DNA of 64,000 nt from Octopus vulgaris. Lineage: Eukaryota. The stretch lies in contig OX597831.1 in assembly GCA_951406725.2 (NCBI GenBank), positions 55,304,001 to 55,368,000 on the forward strand. Direction: 5' to 3'. Position 1 is the stretch's first letter. Each line of letters starts with the position of its first letter. The translations under genes were made by a program, and so were the position numbers. Of this stretch, positions 1-12,536 are shown piece after piece. Under the pieces are notes generated by a model. The model was given only the letters and a program-made list of their open reading frames with translations, searched no databases and had not been told where the DNA came from.

Positions 1-131
1 ATTGAATTAAATACTGTCACGGAAAAATAAAATTTTATAGACATAATAACAGAACACAACCGCTAATGTTGATTTACAAAGATACACAACTACAACTTTT
101 TCTATAAAGCTGTAGAAAAAGTGATTCTAAA

Positions 132-1275
132 GTGTCAGAGAAACACTCTGGAACTTCTGGAGCTCTCACAGTCTCATCCGACCCTCACAATATGGATTTG
201 TCCCTAACTCCAGCTGCAGTGACCAGCTTGTCGAGTTCCTTGAGGACATTACTCAGATTACTGACAGTGGCTCATGGGTGGATGTTGTCTACCTTGACTT
301 TGCTAAGGCTTTCAACTCTGTGCCACACAAAAGGCTTATGGTGAAACTCTCTGCAATGGGTGTGGGGGATGACCTTTTTAACTGGTTGAAATCCTTCATC
401 CTCAGCCGAAAGGAGGTAGTCACAGTTCTAGGACAGCACTCTACACCATATGAGATGTCATCGGGTGTACCACAGGGATCTGTCCTTGGCCCCCTCTTGT
501 TTGTGGCATACATTAACGACATAGATGCCAATTTAAAGAATGCCACAGTATTGAAATATGCAGACGACATCAAGCTGTACCTTGAAATCAAGAGGACAGA
601 TCCTGATGTCTACAACTCTTTCCTGCAATCAGACCTAGACACAATGCAGCAATGGATCACAGACTGGCAACTGAAACTGGCTGTGGACAAGTGTACCACC
701 ATGCATTTTGGGAGAAAAAACCCTGCGTTCACATACTCCCTCCACAACACTGATATCAAGAAATCCTCTTGCGAGCGTGACCTAGGCATCACTGTCAGCA
801 GTGATTTGCGTTGGTCAAAGCATATCTCTAAGATTGTCAGGAAGGCCGAGGGTGTCTTGGCATCACTCAGCAGGTCTTTTGTTAGCCGCTCTCCAGCCAT
901 CTATTTAAAACTGTATACAGCTATGGTACGACCACACTTGGAATTCGCATCATCAGTTTGGAACCCCTATCTTGCACAGAACATTGACCTCCTGGAATCT
1001 GTCCAGAGACGTGCAACCAAACGCATACCCTCCATCAGACACCTACCATATTCTGAGCGCCTTGTTTCCCTGGGCATGGATTCACTGAAGCTCCGGCGTT
1101 TGGCGACGGACTTGGTAAACACCCACAAAGTTATCAACCACCTCACCAACAACAACACTGAACACCTTTTTGATCTCCATGTGTCTAACACACGTGGACA
1201 TGCCTAGAAAAGTCAGAAAACAATACAGCTCCCATGACTTTCGGAAACATTTTTCACGCTCAGAGTGCTGAAGCA
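132..1275 (+). mobile_element. CR1-clade LINE fragment: reverse transcriptase domain and C-terminal region, truncated at both ends
   Basis: ORF 278-1207 has DVVYLDFAKAFNSVPH, SGVPQGSVLGPLLF, YADD, ERDLGI, Y..MVRPHLEFASSVWNP and LESVQRRATK, all typical of CR1 ORF2. The upstream frame has QHG-F-like sequence. No 3' tail is present. Confidence 0.93.
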
Positions 1276-1689
1276 ATGATTGAATTAAATACTGTCCTGG
1301 AAAAATAAAATTTTGATGACATAACACTGAACATCAAGGCCCCGCTTTCAAATGTTGACTTCACCTGATTAAGATACACACTTTAGATGAGTTTTGCACC
1401 TGAGCACTGTACACAAAAAGTGATTCTAAAGGATCCAGGCACAAACTGAAACAGAACATTTGAATGTAATTTTCAATCCCACTTTGAGAATTTTAAGCTT
1501 TTGCATTTAAACTGACCATATCTGGCCCAAATATTCTGCCTGTTTTAAGTTCATACGAACAAAACGCCCCACCCCCACCCCCACCCCCGTCCAATGAACA
1601 GTGCTGAATCATATCTGCTGAATAAAAAGCAATCAGTGTTTTCTTTTCATTAAAAAAATAATTAAGCATGCCTTTATTTCAATAAAATT

Positions 1690-2121
1690 TTTGGTTTTGT
1701 TAAATGAAGTTAAGGCAAAACAAAAACTTCTTGAGAAACCAAATAGTCTTTCCTTCCTTCATGCCAAGTTTGAAGAAAATATTTCTTTTGCATCTTACTT
1801 TTTTGGTCTCTTAAATATACTGCATTTTGTGGCATTATTTCAAGCCTGCCGGCTTTTTTTGCGCAAACTGCACGTGCATTTTTCTTGCATACGTGTAGTA
1901 TTGATCGCAACAGCTGATGTACTTGTGCGTACAAATGCACGTTCCCATGGCTTTATCGATCACATTCTCACCTGGAATCGATTTTTGTAATTTTTTTCAA
2001 AACTTATACATGCCCTGATACCGTCGTTATCTACATATCAAATTTGAGCGCAATCAGATGGAGGATGCCTGAGATCCCAGAAGACATGCACACAGACAGA
2101 CAGAACGGATTTTATATAAAT
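1690..2121 (+). mobile_element. Decayed non-autonomous Helitron/Helentron-like element
   Basis: The 3' end (acagacagacag...ttttatataaat) resembles the 3' end of the 16861-17261 element. Confidence 0.4.
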
Positions 2122-2427
2122 CTGGCATTTCATACCTATCGTACAATGTCATTCTAAAAATATACTATCGCATCATCAAAATCTCAAAGCTACACAATAA
2201 CACAAGATCAATTCAAAACATCAGCATCATCATCATTTAAATTTCACTTTCCATGCTGGCATGGGTTAGACAGTTTGATATGGAGTTGTCTAGCAGGGAG
2301 CTGTCCAGACTCCAACTGTCTGTTGTGGAATGGTTTCTATGGCTGGATGCCCTTCCTAATGCCAACCACTTAATAGAGTGTGCTGGGTGCTTTTTACATG
2401 CTATTCATTTGAAAAAGTAACCTGAAC

Positions 2428-2458
<31 letters not shown>

Positions 2459-2642
2459 TGTATGCATGCATGTGTGTGTGTATGTGTGTATGTATGTATG
2501 CATGTATGCATGCATGCATATGTGTGTGTCTATGTATGTGTGTATGTATGTATGAGTGTATCCAAGTGAATAGATATCCAAAAAGTAACTAAAATCAAAA
2601 TCTAGAGGTATTTCAATATATAAAATATACTATGTGTCTTTG

Positions 2643-2679
<37 letters not shown>

Positions 2680-3036
2680 GCACACAGACACAGACACACG
2701 CACACACACAGACACACACACGCACATTTATTTGTGAGTAACACTTTAGCATTTGAAGCTGTTGAATTCATTCCAATTCATTCGACACAAGCTGGAGTTT
2801 GTTTATTTTTTGCATTTGTCTGATAATGCTTAATGGAATAGTTTTTTTAAATTATCAAACAGCATTTCTACTCTCATGCTATAACAGCATCTCTATTTAG
2901 CTTTTCTGTATGTCCCTTGTAACTGAAAGTTCATTCAAATCTTATCTAGGTAAAAAGACTCCCTTCGGTCATGAATGACCATAGGATTGTACCTAAAAAG
3001 TTCCCCTCTGAGACACAAGTACAAGTGTGCATATAT

Positions 3037-3336
3037 TCATGTTGAGGCGAGGTCACTTGACCCTGTTATCTCCCCTACTATCCCTCTAGCATCTAACATC
3101 TGACCTCTGATCTCTGACTTCTGCCTGAAATCAGAACGCCATGTTGGACCGTTAGCTCTTACATGCATTTTTTTCTCTCCTTGTTTCTTTTCTGTGTATC
3201 TTTCTGTCGAAGAGCATAGGCTCGAAACATAAAAGACTTGTTTTATTTCTATTCCTGAGCGCCATACTAATACAATTGTTTGTTTGTACTCCACCTGCCT
3301 TCGTCTTTTGTTTATTTTCGTAAACCTTCCCGTTAT
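3037..3336 (+). mobile_element. Penelope-like terminal repeat (pLTR) fragment with a hammerhead-like motif
   Basis: tcttt-CTGTCGAA-gagc atag gctc-GAAA-cata-aaaga at 3199-3236, followed by a T-rich tail that ends in (TA)n. Confidence 0.5.
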
Positions 3337-3870
3337 ATATATATCATCAGCATCATTTAATGTCACTTTCCATGCTGGCATGGGTTAGACAGCTTGACTG
3401 GAATTGGTAAGCCAGAGAGCTGCACCAGGTTACAGTCTGAATCTGGTTTGGTTTCTACAGCTGGTTGCCCTTCCTAAAGCCAACCACTTCAAGGGTGTAT
3501 AGTGGGTGCCTTTTACGTGTCACCAACATGCATGCTTTTACATATCACTGGCAGAGATGCTGTTATGTGTCACTGGCATGGCCACAACTATGGCTTCACT
3601 TGGCTTGATGAGTCTTCTAAGCACAGCAAATCGCCAAAATTCATGATTGCTTTTCATCATCTCCGATCATGCTTCACCACCTCATCCCATGTCTTCCTGG
3701 GTTTACCTCTTCTGCAGGTTCCTTCCACAGTTAAAGATTGGCACTTCTTTACGCAGCTGTCCTTATCCATAACATAACATCACCATACCAGTGCAGACGC
3801 CTCTTTTGCACTCTACATCTGATACCGTTCATGCCCAATTTTTCTCTCAAAATTGCTTAAACTCAGTTGT

Positions 3871-3940
3871 ATAAATATAAATATATATATATATATATAT
3901 ACATATATATATACATATATATATACATATATATATATAC

Positions 3941-3989
<49 letters not shown>

Positions 3990-4012
3990 CATACATATAT
4001 ATACATATGTGT
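3871..4012. repeat. (TA)n/(TACA) microsatellite
   Basis: Seen directly. Confidence 0.95.
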
Positions 4013-4439
4013 AAATATAAAACATAAAAGTGAGGGTATATGAGAGATGAATATATATTTATTTAATCACCATGACATCCTTAGGATTACAACCATTTTA
4101 CAACCTTCTTCATGCAGTATTAATTTCAGTATAGAAGAAATTATGCTTACAAGTTTGCATTAATATGTATGTTCCGCATTATATAATACAATTGTATATT
4201 CCCAGATCAATGGAACTAAAGAAAGTTAGCACATGAGATCACCAGAACATCCTGGTTATACCAATGATCAACTCAATGTGCATATGTGTGGGTGTATGTT
4301 TTTAGTAAGTGTCATTGTCATGCAAGTGGTATTCTTTGTTTCCAGTCTTCCACATAATCATGCCTGAGCATGGTGAAATATTATATACGTGGAAGCAAGT
4401 AAGGGTCAGGGTTAGGGTATACATAATTTGTCTGATCCA

Positions 4440-4935
4440 TGCAAGCATGCTGGTATGGCCATGTAATGCCTATGAATGAGGACAGTTGTATCAAGAGGTG
4501 CCAATCTCTCTAATTGTAGAGGGAATATGTGGAAGGGGTATACCCAAGAAGATGTGGGATGAAATGGTGAGAAAGGATCTACAGATGTTGGCACTCAAAG
4601 AGGGGATGACAGGGACTGAGACTCCTGGTGGTTTGCTGTGCTTGAAAAGACACATCAAGCTAAGTAAGAGTGTGTTTGCCCTAGCAACCTCCTCCAGCTG
4701 AGCTTCCCTAATTTTGTGGGCTCATAAGTGCTGGGGCCATGTAAAAAGCACCCATACTGGTGCTGCATAAAAGCACCCAGTATGTTCTGTAAAGTGGTTT
4801 GCGTTAGGAAGGGCATCCAACCATAGAAATCATGCCATGGAGCCTGAACAGCCCTTCAACAGGTCAGCTTCTGTCAAACTGCCCAACCCATGACAGTGTG
4901 AAAAACGGACATTAAATGTTGATGATGATGATGAT
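4440..4935 (+). mobile_element. RTE-clade LINE 3' fragment with (GAT)n tail
   Basis: Encodes ..VEGICGRGIPKKMWDEMVRKDL.. (RTE C-terminal GRP.K.W motif), followed by the shared tail ...aacggacattaaatg(atg)n. Confidence 0.7.
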
Positions 4936-5269
4936 ATTATATGAAAGATAATATTTTCAGCCAAGAAGTTACAATTATATTTGATTTTTAAAGTTCTTCA
5001 GTTCTGCGTATATACATACATTTACTCAATTACAGACATTTATCAATGGTTTCTCCCATTGTTTGGATGCAATATTTTCTATTATTTATAAAACTATCAC
5101 TATATTTGACAACATGTTATTTATAGATAAATAACAAAACACAGTCAAAAGAAACTCATGACTGTCTGCATCAGAATCATTGTTTCTCTTTCCCCAATGA
5201 AAGATTTGTGTTCGAAAAGGAATTTTCCATTCACAACAACTACAATCTTAAATAATTTTACAACTAAAC

Positions 5270-5681
5270 AGGCGCAGGAGTGGCTGTGTGGTAAGTAGTT
5301 TGCTTACCAACCACATGGCTCCGGGTTCATTCCCACTGCATGGCACCTTGGGCAAGTGTCTTCTACTATAGCCTCAGGCCAACCAAAGCCTTGTGAGTGG
5401 ATTTGGTAGACGGAAACTGAAAGAAGCCCAGTGTATATATATATATATGTATGTATGTATAAATGTATATGTGTGTATATGTTTGTGTGTCTGTGTTTCC
5501 TCAACATTGTTTGACTACCGATGGTGGTGTGTTTACGTCCCCGTAACTTAGCGGTTGGGTAAAAGAGACAAACAGAATAAGTACTAGGCTTCCAAAGAAT
5601 AAGTCCTGGTGTCGATTTGCTCGACTAAAGGCGATGCTCCAGCATGGCCGCAGTCAAATGACTGAAACAAGTAAAAGAGTA
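5270..5681 (+). mobile_element. tRNA-derived SINE, family A, full length
   Basis: Head ggcgcaggagtggctgtgtggtaag (A-box-like) and ggttcattccc (B-box-like), an internal TA/TG microsatellite, and tail gactgaaacaagtaaaaga. Many copies occur in the window. Confidence 0.9.
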
Positions 5682-6160
5682 AATAATAGATGTTTTAATA
5701 AGATCATTGCAATTCAGCTCTCTCTACATTTTGAGCTGCAGTACCAGTCAAATACTTGGGTCAATAAAATCGACCCACCCCCTATCCCCAAACACGCTGG
5801 CCTAGTACCAAAATATGAATGAATTATTGTTCTTGTTATTGTTGCTACTGGTGCTGTTATCAGCATTGTTAGAGCTGTTTTGTGAAAGATTAGAGTTTAA
5901 GAGCTTCACAACAGTATAGCAATACATGGGGGATAACTCTTCAATCCTTTTCACAAACTCCACTGTCCGAATTGCTGTGTTAAGAGCAAGATAAAGTGAA
6001 GCCCAATCTTAATTTTTAATTAGAGACCAGGACTAATTTTTGTGAGAGAAAAATTAGCATTATTATCTTCATTACAACTACGATTGCATCATCATCATCC
6101 TCACTATCACTATGTTTTATAACTTCCATTTGTTGCATATTATTATTATTTTTTTTTTTT

Positions 6161-6836
6161 TAAGGTGGCAAGCTGACAGAATTGTTAGCATGCCAGGCGA
6201 AATGCTTTGCGGCACTTTGTCTGCATGTTATGAGTTCAAATTCTGCCAAGTCGACTTTGCCTTTCATCTTTTTGGGGTCAATAAATTAAGTACCAGTGAA
6301 ACACTGAGGTCAATGTAATTGACTAGTCCCCTCCCCTAAAATTTCAGGCCTTGTGCCTTTAGAAGAAAGGATTATTATTATTATTATTATCATTATTTTA
6401 AGGCAGGAAGCTGGTAGAATCATTAGCATGCTGGGCAAAATGCTTAGCAGCGTTTTGTCCATCTTCATGTTCTGAGTTCAAATTCCACCACAGTCGACTT
6501 TACCTTTCATCATAATGGAGTCAATAAAATAATTTCCATTCAAACAATGTAATCGACTTACCCCCACCCCTAACTTGCTGGCCTTGTGCCAAAATTTGAA
6601 ACCATTATTATTATTATTAAGATGGTGAGCAGGCAGAATCATTAGGAATGCTGGGCAAAATGCATAGAAGCATTTTCTCTGTCTTTGCATTCTGAGTCCA
6701 AATTCTGCCAAGGTCAACTTTGCCTTTCATCCTTTAGGGGTCAGTAAAATAAGAACCAGTTTGAACACTGAATTTGATGTAATCAACTTAACCCCTACCC
6801 TGAAATCAGTGCCAAAATCTGAAATTGCTGCTACTG

Positions 6837-6875
<39 letters not shown>

Positions 6876-7055
6876 AAGCAGCAAGCTAGCAGAATCATTA
6901 GCATACCAGGAAAAAATGCTTAGTGGCATTTTGTCTGTCTATATGGTTTGAGTTCAAATTCCACCAAGGTTGGCTTTGCCTTTCATTCTTTCAGGGTTGA
7001 TAAAATAAGTATCAGTTACTTCTGTGTCAGGGCTGATGTAATTCCTCCCCACAAA
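6161..7055 (+). mobile_element. Tandem cluster of four family-B SINE copies
   Basis: Repeated aaggtggcaagctggcagaa...gagttcaaatt...gactttgcctttcatcc...ggggtc..taaa units separated by (ATT)n/(TAC)n tails. Confidence 0.85.
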
Positions 7056-7057
7056 AT

Positions 7058-7088
<31 letters not shown>

Positions 7089-7325
7089 CCACCACCACCA
7101 CCACCACCACCATCACCACCTTCATCATCATCATCATCATGTGCTAGTGTCATGTAAAAAGCACCCAATTCACTCTGTAAAGTGGTTGGCATTAGAAAGG
7201 GCACCAAGCTGTAGAATCCAAGCCAAAACAGACAATGGAACCTGGTGTGGCTCTTGATCTTGCCAGCTCCTGTCAAACCGTCCAACTCATGCCAGTATAG
7301 AAAACAGACATTTGATGATGATGAT
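7058..7325 (+). repeat. (CAT/CAC)n microsatellite followed by an RTE-tail SINE fragment
   Basis: Triplet runs seen directly, followed by the shared tail ending (GAT)n. Confidence 0.8.
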
Positions 7326-8777
7326 GGCTTGCTTACGCAAACATTGTAATTATGTGCAAAATCAAGCATTCATAATTACAAAAGATGTAATTACAAAATT
7401 TCATTCACACTATAAACTAATTTCTTACACAAAGACAGAGTAACTTAATTCTTACAAAGGGAGACATAATCAACTAAATCAATGCCAGTCTAACATCATT
7501 CTTTTCTTATTGATTCTTTGAAAAGAGATTAAAATCAAAGTTAATCCTGTTATGATTTGAGCTTAAACCAACGTAAACAAACACAAATACTGCATAATGC
7601 TTAATTTGGTAGACTTCTATCTCAGCTATATTCTTGGTCTTAGGTTCAAAATATTTCCGATCAATAAAAATGTCACTTTTTTTTATGATGATGTTAGACA
7701 TTATAAACAATTTCAGAAAATGCAAGTAACAAGCCCATCAACATTACTCAAACCATATATCTGCAGCTTACTGATTGATCATATTAGCAGTTACACAACA
7801 TAGCTCTTGTCAGTTCTCCTCAAATAAGATATATTTAGGCACAGACATGGTTGTGTGGTTTAGAAGTTTGCTTCCCAACCATATGGTCTTGGGTTCAGTC
7901 CCACTGCACAGTACCTTGAGCAATTGTCTTCTACTATAGCCCCAAGCTGACCAAAACCTTCTGAGTGGATTTGGTGGACAGGAACTGAACAAAGCCTGTC
8001 ATATAAAGGGTGTGTATGTGTACCTTGACTTGATATTATGATGATTATAAATGAGTACCACTATCATACAAGCAATGTTGGTCATTTCCAATCTTCCATG
8101 AAGAACATGTCTGGCCATGAGGAAATATTATCTCACTTTGAAACAGATAAGAGTTAACAACACAAAGGGCACTCAACCATAAAAAAATCTGCCTCGACAA
8201 ATTCCATCTAACTCTTGCAGTGAGTATTAAAGGATGACGACAACAATGAAGATGATGATGATAATGATGATGATGATGATGATGACAAAGTCACATAGCT
8301 ATAGGAGAGAAGATATTAGATTTTGCAATACTCATATATAACTCTCCAAGAACAATAATGGCATAAATGAAATTATATGGATGCAGTTAGCAATTGAAAC
8401 TAGATCGTAGTCTTCAGACTGCCAGGCACCCACCTAAAGAGCCAAACATTATAACCGACAGTTAGATTGAAGACTATGGAATCCATCACTTTTTGTAAGG
8501 TTTTCAAAAGTTTTAAGTAGTTCAGATCAAGTCATAGCATTCTATTGGAACTTTGCCAAGTTCTTTGTCTTCAGAACTGTACCATTATGGTAATTCTTTC
8601 CTTCCCCTCCAATTATTAACCTGCGAGACTTCCAATTAAATATTAACAACACAATTATCAGTTATTTCTATCTTTCCTTGTGAGGAAATCTGAAAAAATT
8701 AGACATGGCAGCCTCTCACCTTCATATTAATGTCTATGAAAAAAGTTATTAAACAGATGTGAACAACTATGGAATTT

Positions 8778-9245
8778 AGGCACAGGCATGGCAGAGGCGC
8801 AGGCATGGCATAAGCGCAGGTGTGGCACAGGTGTAGCATAGGCGCAAATGTGGTTGTGTGGTATGAAGCTTGCTTCCCAACCACATGGTTCTGAGTTCAG
8901 TCTCACTGCATGGCACCTTGGGTAAGTATTTTCCACTATAGCCTCGGGCTGACCAAAGCTTTGTGAGTAGATTTGATAGATGGAAACTGAAAGAAGCCCA
9001 TAATATATCTGTGTGTGTGTGTGTGTGTCTTTGTGTCTGCATTTGTCTCCAACCACCACTTGACAACTGGTGTTCATGTGTTTACATCCCTATATACATA
9101 ACATTTTGGCAAAAGAAACCAACAGAATAAGTACTAGGCATTAAAAAGTTATGTCCTGAGGTTGATTTGTTCAACTAAAGCCCATAAAGAGGTGCCCCAG
9201 CATGGCCACAGTCACATGATTGAAACAAGTAGCAAATAAAAGATA
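8778..9245 (+). mobile_element. SINE family A with reiterated 5' head
   Basis: Matches the 5270-5681 copy; the head motif is repeated about five times. Confidence 0.85.
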
Positions 9246-9686
9246 AACTATGTAAAAATAAACAGAAACTAAATTTGCAGCAGGGTCAGGATTTCACTAA
9301 ATAAGTTGTCTAGGCCAGTCTTCAATTACTAAAAGTTGTATCTATACATCATCACCATCATTTTCATGGTGAAAATAAAAAAACTATGAAAGTAAAATAA
9401 AAACATACATTTATGTTTACACTAAATAACCTGCAGCTAATTAACTAACTACTGCTAGACTATAATTAAATCTGCCTACAATTAATTCTTGTGTAAAATT
9501 TTTTAAGAAGTAAATGAATATTTCCTTTCTCCCTCTCTTTCTGTTATTTCCTTGATCAACCTCAATGTTAAGCAGACTTTAAGTTAGATAATGATTATGA
9601 TAATGATAATGATAATTCTCTTCCTTATTGTTGACCACTATCAATATAGCCATCATCAACAACAACAATTTGAGGTCTAGTCTTAC

Positions 9687-9746
9687 TTCTATTTTGATCC
9701 AGAACCGTATCATGCAAGAGGCCTAGATCGCAGTTTTCTGCAATAT
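9687..9746 (-). CDS. Candidate 60-nt in-frame cassette exon of CEP78
   Basis: Acceptor cctgccttttatag, donor gtaaga, phase 1-1, open in the CEP78 frame (NIAENCDLGLLHDTVLDQNR). No homology support. Confidence 0.3.
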
Positions 9747-10675
9747 CTATAAAAGGCAGGATGTGTGTGTACGTGAATGTACTTTATGCACGTCCACAAA
9801 TTAGCATGCATGTCGCTCCAATTTTAGGAGGACATTGGTCATGATCATGGTTGTGCTTTTGTCAAATTATTTTTCCTGAGGCACCCCCAGATAGCAGTAA
9901 AAATAGCTTTTCGACTATAACTTTTACCAATTTTCACATTGGTGAAATCCATAAGTTTGCTAACATGAGTTAAGTCCCCTGTCTTATAGATTAATTCACC
10001 CTACTACAATGCCTGTGAAAAAATTTAGATTTGAACAACCTAAACAATCTCAGCATAGGAAAAGAGAAAGAGCTGAAGAGACTGACTATCAGCAGACCCA
10101 TTAGTAAAATATAACTTTTGGAGCTGAAACCTGGCAATAAGAGTTTGTGGATATTCCACTACAAGACATTCAATAATATCGAAGAAGTAACTTTCATAAA
10201 TCAGGGTATAATTTTTTAAGACTCAACGGGTATTTCTGCTAGTTCTGCAATATTAAGGCAGCAAGCTGGCAGAAACGTTAGCATGCCAGGTGAAATGCTT
10301 AGCGGTATTTCATCTGTCTTTATGTTCCGAGTTAAAATTCTGCCACGGTTGACTTTGCCTTTCATCCTTTTGGGGTTGATAAGTACCAGACTGAGGTTGA
10401 TTTAATCGACTGGCCCCCTCCTCAAAAATTTTGGGCCTTCTGCCTAGAGTAGAATAGATTGCAACTTTCTCTACTTCTCCATTTCACCCCTTAGTCTACT
10501 TCAAGACAACTTGTTCCTATCATTGGTAGTAATAGAAATAAGTTGTCTTGAGATGCCTCACCAACTGCAGTTCATAGAGAACAGAGTTCTCTTGGATTCA
10601 AAAGAAGTAACAAAGAAACACTGCATGAACACAAAAGTATATATACCAGTTTTTCTTGTTAGGGTATATAGGATT

Positions 10676-11094
10676 ATTGCTATATTTCAGGATGGTCATT
10701 TATTTATTTATTTATTTTTTTGCCAATTAAACACACACACTATATATTCGTTCTTCACTTCAGCTTTACTATCATTCTTATTTTAGTGTCCTTTGTCTGG
10801 AAATCTTTCATCACACATCCTCTGACCTTTTCAGTGACCTTCCATCCCATGTGTCTCCTCCTGTCCTGTTTAGTCTATTCTATGAAAGTATGAAAGACAG
10901 AATGGGCTAAACAGGACAGGAGGAGACACATGGGATGGAGAGTTGCTGAAGAGGTCACAGAAGGTGTGATGAAAAATTTCAAACGAAGGATAGTAACATA
11001 AGAACAATAATAAAGCTGAAGTGAAGAACGAATAAGCAGTGTGTGTGGTTAATGAGCAAAAAAAAAAAAAATTACCCTCCCTAAAAATAGCAAT
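10676..11094. repeat. Long imperfect inverted repeat (Penelope-like pLTR fold-back)
   Basis: Arms of about 200 bp, e.g. ccatcccatgtgtctcctcctgtcctgtttag / ctaaacaggacaggaggagacacatgggatgg, with the loop near 10882-10898. A CTGAAGA..stem..GAAA motif lies at 10946-10974. Confidence 0.85.
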
Positions 11095-12045
11095 GTCTGT
11101 TTCAACACAGGATTTCACATCAGGAATCTTACAAAACAAATACATAAACATATATGGGATTATTATATTCACTCAATGAGGTTATTCAAATATTGTAGCA
11201 AAGAATATGAACAATAAGCATAGTAGTATGAGAACATTCCAGCAAAATAGTCCCAATCAGATTGGAGCCTGGTGAAGCTTCCTGGCTTGCCAGTCCTCAG
11301 TGAAACCGTCCAACCCATGCCAACATGGAAAGCAGGCATTAAAAGATGATGATGATGATGAATGTAAGTGATCATGAATGACAAAGCACAACAAATTTGA
11401 GAGGAAAACTATGTATAATAGACATCATATATAGTGTGCAAAAGAGAAGACTTCATTGATATGGGCTTGTGAAGCATGTGGAGGATGACAGAGTAATGAA
11501 GTACAAGGAGATTCAAATGGAAGGACCATGTAGAAGAAGAAACTAAAGAAGAAAAAGGCATTGATGCTGAATCACACAAAGAAGTGATAAGTGACTATGA
11601 CAAGTGGTGAGACACATGTTAGAAAAGACCTGTCCAACCAATGCAAGCATGGAAAAACAAATGTAAAATGATGACAATGATGATGATGTGAAATTAGTTG
11701 CTGTATTTTAAATTTTAGTGATTTATTATAAAGCGTTGTGCAAACTGTTATTCTGAATGTTTTTAGTTGAGATAGAGGTAGGAATCATCAGGGAGTTCTT
11801 AGGACTAAGAAGTAGCAGTGGTTTGAAACAGTTTATGGATCGTCATCGTCATCATCATCATCATTTAATGTCTGTTTTTCCATGCTAGCATTGATTGGGC
11901 GGTTCGACAGGAGCTGGCAAGTCAGGAGATTGCACCAAGTTCAACTGTCTGCTTTCACATACTTTCTAGGGCAGGATACCCTTCTGGCACCAGCACCAGT
12001 GAGGTGACCAAATAACTGTGGAGGTGAAGAGAAGTTACAGTATAT

Positions 12046-12276
12046 ATTTCTTTACTGCCCACAAGGGGCTAAACATAGAGGGGACAAACAAGGACAGACA
12101 AAGGGATTAAGTCGATTACATCGACCCCAGTGCGTAACTGGTACTTTATTTATCGAGCCCGAAAGGATGAAAGGCAAAGTCGACCTCGGCGGAATATGAA
12201 CTCAGAACGTAACGGCAGACGAAATACGGCTACGCATTTCGCCCGGCGTGCTAACGTTTCTGCCAGCTCACCGCCT
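12046..12276 (-). mobile_element. Young SINE family B copy
   Basis: Near-identical to 52202-52430, CpGs retained, flanked by an approximate TSD agagaagtta(c/g)agtata. Confidence 0.9.
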
Positions 12277-12429
12277 AGAAGCTAGAGAAGTTAGAGTATA
12301 GGTAGAGGGACAGAAATAGGCATCTTGCAGTAGAAGAGACACATGGCTACTTCAATAGGAGAGAGGGAGGGGGAGAAAGAGAAAGATGAGAACACTAATT
12401 TAAATTCATAAATATCAATATCTACTTAC

Positions 12430-12536
12430 TTTTTTTCTCATCAGTAGAAGGTGGAATGTAACTGCTGGTAAATACAATGAATTCTAAGCTTTTATTTATG
12501 CTTAGAGTACTCAGTAACGGTTTCCAGTCATTTAAC
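12430..12536 (-). CDS. CEP78: CEP78 (centrosomal protein of 78 kDa), second coding exon
   Basis: Acceptor ttctgttttattag, donor gtaagt, 107 nt, phase 2 to phase 1, joining the 14643 donor in frame. Encodes (R)LNDWKPLLSTLSINKSLEFIVFTSSYIPPSTDEKK, which matches recalled human CEP78 [28 protein letters not shown]. Confidence 0.92.

Noticed and set aside
5270-5345. SINE heads as tRNA genes
   Set aside because: A/B-box-like motifs are present, but there is no complete cloverleaf and they are always fused to the SINE body.
5800-5975. Minus-strand frame AIRTVEFVKRIEE.. after a plausible acceptor, as the next CEP78 exon
   Set aside because: Only AIR matches the expected PAIR.K..TF.LCKAL sequence, and there is no good donor.
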